From NCBI GenBank assembly GCA_943353835.1, contig CALRBA010000003.1:1-61730 (forward strand): a stretch of DNA of 61,730 nt. Direction: 5' to 3'. Of this stretch, positions 57,607-61,730 are shown in pieces (the stretch's first letter is position 1; each line of letters starts with the position of its first letter). A program made the position numbers and the translations under genes. The stretch is from Candidatus Nomurabacteria bacterium. GTDB taxonomy: Bacteria > Patescibacteriota > Minisyncoccia > Phycocordibacterales > Phycocordibacteraceae. Below the pieces are notes generated by a model. That model had not been told where the DNA came from, made no database searches, and saw only the letters and a program-made list of their open reading frames with translations.

Positions 57607-58860
57607 ATGACCCTGTCTGAAGAACTTAAAGCGCGCGGACTTATTGAGCACTCTTCTGCTCCGGTAGACCAGATTCTCTCTACCCCGCGGACGGTGTACT
57701 TAGGCATTGACCCGACCGCCGATTCTATGCAAGTGGGGAATCTCGCCGTCGTACTCCTTATGAAGCGTCTCGGAAACGCGGGCAACAAGCTTATCTTCCT
57801 CGTCGGCGGAGGCACCGGAATGATAGGGGACCCCAAGGAAGTCGGAGAGAGACCGATGCTTGATGAAAAAACCGTTGCACATAATACGCGTGCTCTGAAG
57901 TCTCAACTGAAAAAAATCCTCGGTAGCACATCTTTCAAAATGGTAGACAACGCCGATTGGCTCATGAGCGCGAAGTTCGTTCCGTTTCTGCGCGATGTAG
58001 GTAAGTACTTCACTGTGAATGATTTAATAAAGCGCGATGTCATCAAACGCCGTCTTGATAATCCGGATGACAGCATTTCATATACAGAATTTTCATACGC
58101 GCTCCTACAAGGACTGGATTATCTGACACTGAATGAGAAGTATGGTGTTGACTTACAGATTGGAGGCTCAGACCAGTGGACTAATATTCTCTCCGGTGTT
58201 GATTTAATACATAAACGCATAGGAAAACAGGTGTACGCGCTCGGAATGCCTCTCGTTACGGACGCCTTCGGTAAGAAGTTCGGTAAGAGTGAGGGCAACG
58301 CCGTATGGCTTGAGGCTTCAAGGACTTCGCCGTTTCGGTTCTACCAGTTTTGGATAAACTTGCCGGATGCAAATATTGAGAATTATCTGAAGGTCTACAC
58401 ATTTCTTCCGTTAATTGAAATTGAAGCCCTTATGGAACTGCACCTACGAAATCCCGGCGAGCGACAAGCGCAGGAGACGCTCGCTAGGCTTGTGACAGAG
58501 ACAGTGCACGGGCCGGCTGCCACAGCACAGTGCGCTGCCGCGAGCGACGCACTCTTCGGCGATACTCCGTTCAACGAGCTCTCACGCGAAGCACTCGCCG
58601 TGGCGCTCGCTGAAGCGCCTTCAGTCAAAATAGCAAGGCGAGGCCTTGCTGAAGGTTCCTTGCTCGCTGAAGCACTTGTCGCAGGAGGTCTCGCATCTTC
58701 AAAGAGCGACGCGCGCAGGCTTATAGAAGGGAAGGGCATCACGCTCTCCGGACAAACTATTTCAGATCCGGACCAGAAGGTGTATAACGGAGACTTGTCA
58801 AACGGCTATGCTCTCGTACGAAAAGGAAAACAAGGCGTCCTCGTCCTCGTTTTGAAATAA
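57607..58860 (+). CDS. tyrS: Tyrosine--tRNA ligase
   Basis: YLGIDPTADSMQVGN, LQIGGSDQW, KFGKS, C-terminal S4 domain. Confidence 0.97.
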   Translation: MTLSEELKARGLIEHSSAPVDQILSTPRTVYLGIDPTADSMQVGNLAVVLLMKRLGNAGNKLIFLVGGGTGMIGDPKEVGERPMLDEKTVAHNTRALKSQLKKILGSTSFKMVDNADWLMSAKFVPFLRDVGKYFTVNDLIKRDVIKRRLDNPDDSISYTEFSYALLQGLDYLTLNEKYGVDLQIGGSDQWTNILSGVDLIHKRIGKQVYALGMPLVTDAFGKKFGKSEGNAVWLEASRTSPFRFYQFWINLPDANIENYLKVYTFLPLIEIEALMELHLRNPGERQAQETLARLVTETVHGPAATAQCAAASDALFGDTPFNELSREALAVALAEAPSVKIARRGLAEGSLLAEALVAGGLASSKSDARRLIEGKGITLSGQTISDPDQKVYNGDLSNGYALVRKGKQGVLVLVLK

Positions 58861-60449
58861 AGACCGTATCGGCTATAGTTGTCGTATTGCGTCGGTACCC
58901 AAGCGGTCAACGGGGGCAGGCTGTAAACCTGCTGATTTCGGTCTTCGTTGGTTCGAATCCAACCCGGCGCACCATACAAGGGACAATTTTTCGGGAAATC
59001 CTGCTGTGCCTGTGCGAGATAAAGCCACTGATTCTGGGCGGTTCCGCGCGCTTCGCGCGCGTGGAGGGTGAGGTTCGAGCCGAAGACTTTTTGGAGGGAG
59101 GATTTTTTGGAGGGGTAGTTCTGACTTTGGGCTATTTCACTAAGCGCTTGCGCTTCGTTTATCCACTCTCGCATCGGTTCGAGCCAAGCGGCGGCGTCTC
59201 GTTCAAGAAGCAGGGATTGTTCCTGCAGAGACCTTTTCTCGGACATGAGAGCATGGCGACGTTCTAGGTAGTCGCCGCGCTCAATGTCCTGTTCGATGAA
59301 AAGGTCGGTGAGGCGGGCAATTTTGCCGTCCAGCACGGCAATCTTTGACCGCATCTCTTGGACAGACGCCGCCGCGATTTGCGTGGTTTCTTTTTCGTCT
59401 TTATCCATAAGCCGGTTGAGTTCAGCCGCCCACTCAAGCGGGAGGACAAATCGCGCGAGAAGTTCGGAGAGTTGGAAGTTCAAAGATTCTTCTCGCACAT
59501 AGGGCTCGGTGCAAACGCCTTTCTTCCGCGTACAGCGATAGTAGATATGCCCCTTCTGCTTTTCAGCAGAAATCGAACAGGTGCAAGTCTCACAGGAGAG
59601 CAGGCCGCAATATGCCTGTGGACTATTCTTCTGCACTCTTTTCTTGCCTCGTAACTTCAAAACTTCTTGCACTCGATCAAACAACTTCTTATCAACGAGC
59701 GGTGTATGCTTGCCCTCGTACACTTCGCCACCATATTTGAAATGACCGTAGTAAAAAATGTTTGAGAGCATCCATGTCATTTGATCTTTGGAATGCGCCT
59801 GACCGCCATTGTCGTTACCCCATCTTCGCGTCGCGTGAGTTCTAAGACCGTTCTGGTATAGAAAATTTGCAATATCTTCTAACCGATATTTATTCTCGGC
59901 ATACATCTCAAACGCCTTGCGAATGATGTGAGACTTCTTTCTGTCAACCACTATTGTCTTCGTGCGTGGGTTATTCAAATAGCCGAGCGGAGCCGAGCTT
60001 GGATAGATACCCTGACGTGCTTTCTCTCGAAGCCCGCGCTTGGTGTTCACACTCAAATCGCGGATGTACTGATTCGCCATCCCGAACTCCACTGACATCA
60101 TCAGAACATTGTCGGCGGGATAATAGGCGCGATCGTGCGTTTGGATATGTGCGATAACACTATTCTGCAAAAGCCACTGTATTTGCCCGCCATCTACCGG
60201 ATTGCGCGAGAGGCGGTCAAGCTTCCAACACACAATGCCTTGAGCTTCGCCTTTTTGTATTCGCGCCATCATCTCGTTGAACACGGGACGACCCGGCATT
60301 TTCGCCGACTTCTTCTCGACGAATACCTCAACGACGTTGAGTCGTTCCTGCTTCGCGAGAGTGCGCAATTCGGACAGCTGCGCCTCAATAGACAAAACCT
60401 GTTTGTCCTCAACATCGGTGCTTTTGCGTGCGTAGAGAAAATACTTCAT
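58806..60449 (-). CDS. Large serine recombinase; ORF reads antisense through tRNA-Tyr
   Basis: YARKST..SIEAQ, GRPVF, WKLDRLSRN, recombinase domain APLGY, GLLSC..C zinc ribbon, YYRC, coiled coil; start set at ATG 60449. Confidence 0.93.
   Translation of the reverse strand: MKYFLYARKSTDVEDKQVLSIEAQLSELRTLAKQERLNVVEVFVEKKSAKMPGRPVFNEMMARIQKGEAQGIVCWKLDRLSRNPVDGGQIQWLLQNSVIAHIQTHDRAYYPADNVLMMSVEFGMANQYIRDLSVNTKRGLREKARQGIYPSSAPLGYLNNPRTKTIVVDRKKSHIIRKAFEMYAENKYRLEDIANFLYQNGLRTHATRRWGNDNGGQAHSKDQMTWMLSNIFYYGHFKYGGEVYEGKHTPLVDKKLFDRVQEVLKLRGKKRVQKNSPQAYCGLLSCETCTCSISAEKQKGHIYYRCTRKKGVCTEPYVREESLNFQLSELLARFVLPLEWAAELNRLMDKDEKETTQIAAASVQEMRSKIAVLDGKIARLTDLFIEQDIERGDYLERRHALMSEKRSLQEQSLLLERDAAAWLEPMREWINEAQALSEIAQSQNYPSKKSSLQKVFGSNLTLHAREARGTAQNQWLYLAQAQQDFPKNCPLYGAPGWIRTNEDRNQQVYSLPPLTAWVPTQYDNYSRYGLYFKTRTRTPCFPFRTRA
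58889..58974 (+). tRNA. tRNA-Tyr(GTA) with encoded CCA; integration target
   Basis: Acceptor GCGTCGG/CCGGCGC, GCAGG-CTGTAAA-CCTGC, long variable arm. Confidence 0.96.
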
Positions 60450-60471
60450 ATTTGATATCATAGCAAATAAT

Positions 60472-60840
60472 ATGGATGTAAAGATGAAAAAAGTAAAAAC
60501 TACGCGACCTCCTGATGATATTTTAAAACAGATTGAAGAGCGAGATAAGGATTGTGTTTATTGTCACGGACCTTTTATAAAAGGTGACAACAACGCTTCC
60601 GCCACTGTTGAGCATTTGAATCACAGAAAGGATTGGGACAGTGTGGGGTGCTATATAGCCGAGGGAAAGGATGTCTCTAAAATTGTTGCGCGTTGTTGTC
60701 ATGCTTGTAATTCTAGTAGGAGCGACAAAAGCTTACTTGAGTGGTTTAAAACTCCATATTGCACAAGCAAAAAGATTAAAATTAAATACGATACAGTCGC
60801 CGCTGTTGTCAGAGATTATATTGATGCTTATGAAAAGTAA
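60472..60840 (+). CDS. HNH endonuclease domain protein
   Basis: RDKDCVYC..TVEHL..CCHACNSSRSDK. Confidence 0.88.
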   Translation: MDVKMKKVKTTRPPDDILKQIEERDKDCVYCHGPFIKGDNNASATVEHLNHRKDWDSVGCYIAEGKDVSKIVARCCHACNSSRSDKSLLEWFKTPYCTSKKIKIKYDTVAAVVRDYIDAYEK

Positions 60841-60848
60841 GTATATGG

Positions 60849-61343
60849 ATGGGAGCGAGAAAAAGAAGATTGGGCAGGGGGCTTACATCACGAGTATCAG
60901 CGGGGCTTTCTTTTATAGAATTTAATTACCTAAGTTATCATTCGACACCCGACCCAGCATGGATTAGAAATATCTACATTTTACTCTCGTTTTATACGGA
61001 GTTGTTACTAAAAGCGATATTTGTCGCCAAAAAGCAATTTATAGATGTCAACGATCTTGATAACAAATTGAGAAAAATCGGACACGATTTTGTTGTCGCC
61101 GCACGAGAAATTGGGAATGCAGACATGCAAGAATTTGGAATAAAGGATATTCGATTTATAAATCACGAATATATTGTCGAAACCGAGGACGGAGAATTTT
61201 ATGTCAAAGACTTCAACGATATTCGATACGACTTTATTGAGAGAAAAGTACGAACTCTGAACGGCGATGAGCATGAGAAATTTAAAAAACAAATCGAGAT
61301 AATGCTAAAAATCAACGGCAAGCTAAAACCGCTTGTGTGGTAG
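60849..61343 (+). CDS. Hypothetical helical protein, HEPN-like
   Basis: ELLLKA..KIGHD..IRYD spacing resembles HEPN families; 8 nt after the HNH gene. Confidence 0.5.
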   Translation: MGARKRRLGRGLTSRVSAGLSFIEFNYLSYHSTPDPAWIRNIYILLSFYTELLLKAIFVAKKQFIDVNDLDNKLRKIGHDFVVAAREIGNADMQEFGIKDIRFINHEYIVETEDGEFYVKDFNDIRYDFIERKVRTLNGDEHEKFKKQIEIMLKINGKLKPLVW

Positions 61344-61433
61344 GGAGCTTCGCTGGTTTCAGACCCGCCAGCGAAGGACTCGGTGTGCGCACGGGTGGGC
61401 GGGGCAAACACACGATGTATTCGTATTGGTATT

Positions 61434-61643
61434 CCCCTCCAAAAAATCCTCCCTCCAAAAAGTCTTCGGCTTCTGAATTTTTGAACCTCCCCCCACGCGC
61501 GCGAAGCGCGCGGAACCGCCCAGAATCAGTGGCTTTATCTCGCACAGGCAAAACAGAACTTCCCGAAAATGGGACTTGTCTCTTGTATGGTGGCTCTATA
61601 CTACCAAACTCGAACCTATTTCACCCAGAGCCCGAAGCAATGA
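61434..61643 (+). pseudogene. Inverted copy of the recombinase 3' end with an alternative C-terminus
   Basis: Translates PSKKSSLQKVFG (disrupted) then HAREARGTAQNQWLYLAQAKQNFPKMGLVSCMVALYYQTRTYFTQSPKQ-stop. Confidence 0.8.
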
Positions 61644-61730
61644 TCACTCGCGCCTCGCAGAGCCTCGGCGCTCGCCCCGCTCGCGGACTCGCGGGGCCGC
61701 CCTTCGCCCTGCCGTCTCATACTTTCTTTT

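Larger units (their letters stand above)
58970..61643. mobile_element. tRNA-Tyr-anchored island: serine recombinase plus two cargo genes bounded by ~150-bp inverted repeats (may extend past the window)
   Basis: 58970-59115 matches the reverse complement of 61434-61592; cargo is visibly AT-richer than the flanks. Confidence 0.75.

Noticed and set aside
58806-58969. Recombinase C-terminal 54 codons as a genuine domain
   Set aside because: This is antisense read-through of tRNA-Tyr and the tyrS end, best explained by the integration junction.
1-61730. CRISPR array or cas genes
   Set aside because: The palindromic repeats are dispersed, not regularly spaced with unique spacers. The PD-(D/E)XK gene at 41369 is solitary with no cas1/cas2.

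Overview
Gene-dense bacterial chromosome segment in genetic code 11. Its content and style point to Patescibacteria/CPR, probably Parcubacteria (inference): shortened AlaRS, MnmA and uL13, a SWIB protein, a VirD4-like ATPase, and apparently leaderless genes. Most of the window is housekeeping: topA (partial), dprA, serS, dus, dnaX, tgt, uvrB-uvrA-uvrC, ddl, ychF, leuS, mltG, mnmA, murE, ung, an M13 peptidase, alaS, infA-rpmJ-rpsM-rpsK-rpsD-rpoA-rplQ-rplM-rpsI, grpE-dnaK-dnaJ, tyrS and six tRNA genes. The unusual signals sit below gene scale. (1) Several families of short palindromic or heptamer repeats lie in frame inside conserved genes; the clearest is a ~50-bp ACAAGGT-N3-ACCTT element with six copies. 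(2) Two related 78-79-bp GAAGAC-loop hairpin elements hit the two tRNA-Ala genes; one splits tRNA-Ala(CGC) in the D-loop and the other duplicates the 5' end of tRNA-Ala(TGC). (3) An island at tRNA-Tyr carries a large serine recombinase whose 3' end recurs as a ~150-bp inverted repeat with an alternative C-terminus, bracketing an HNH plus HEPN-like gene pair. (4) -10 boxes lie 6-7 nt upstream of many start codons, and three appear bidirectional. (5) Tgt and L36 lack their zinc ligands. All calls come from reading the sequence by eye; no database searches were run.
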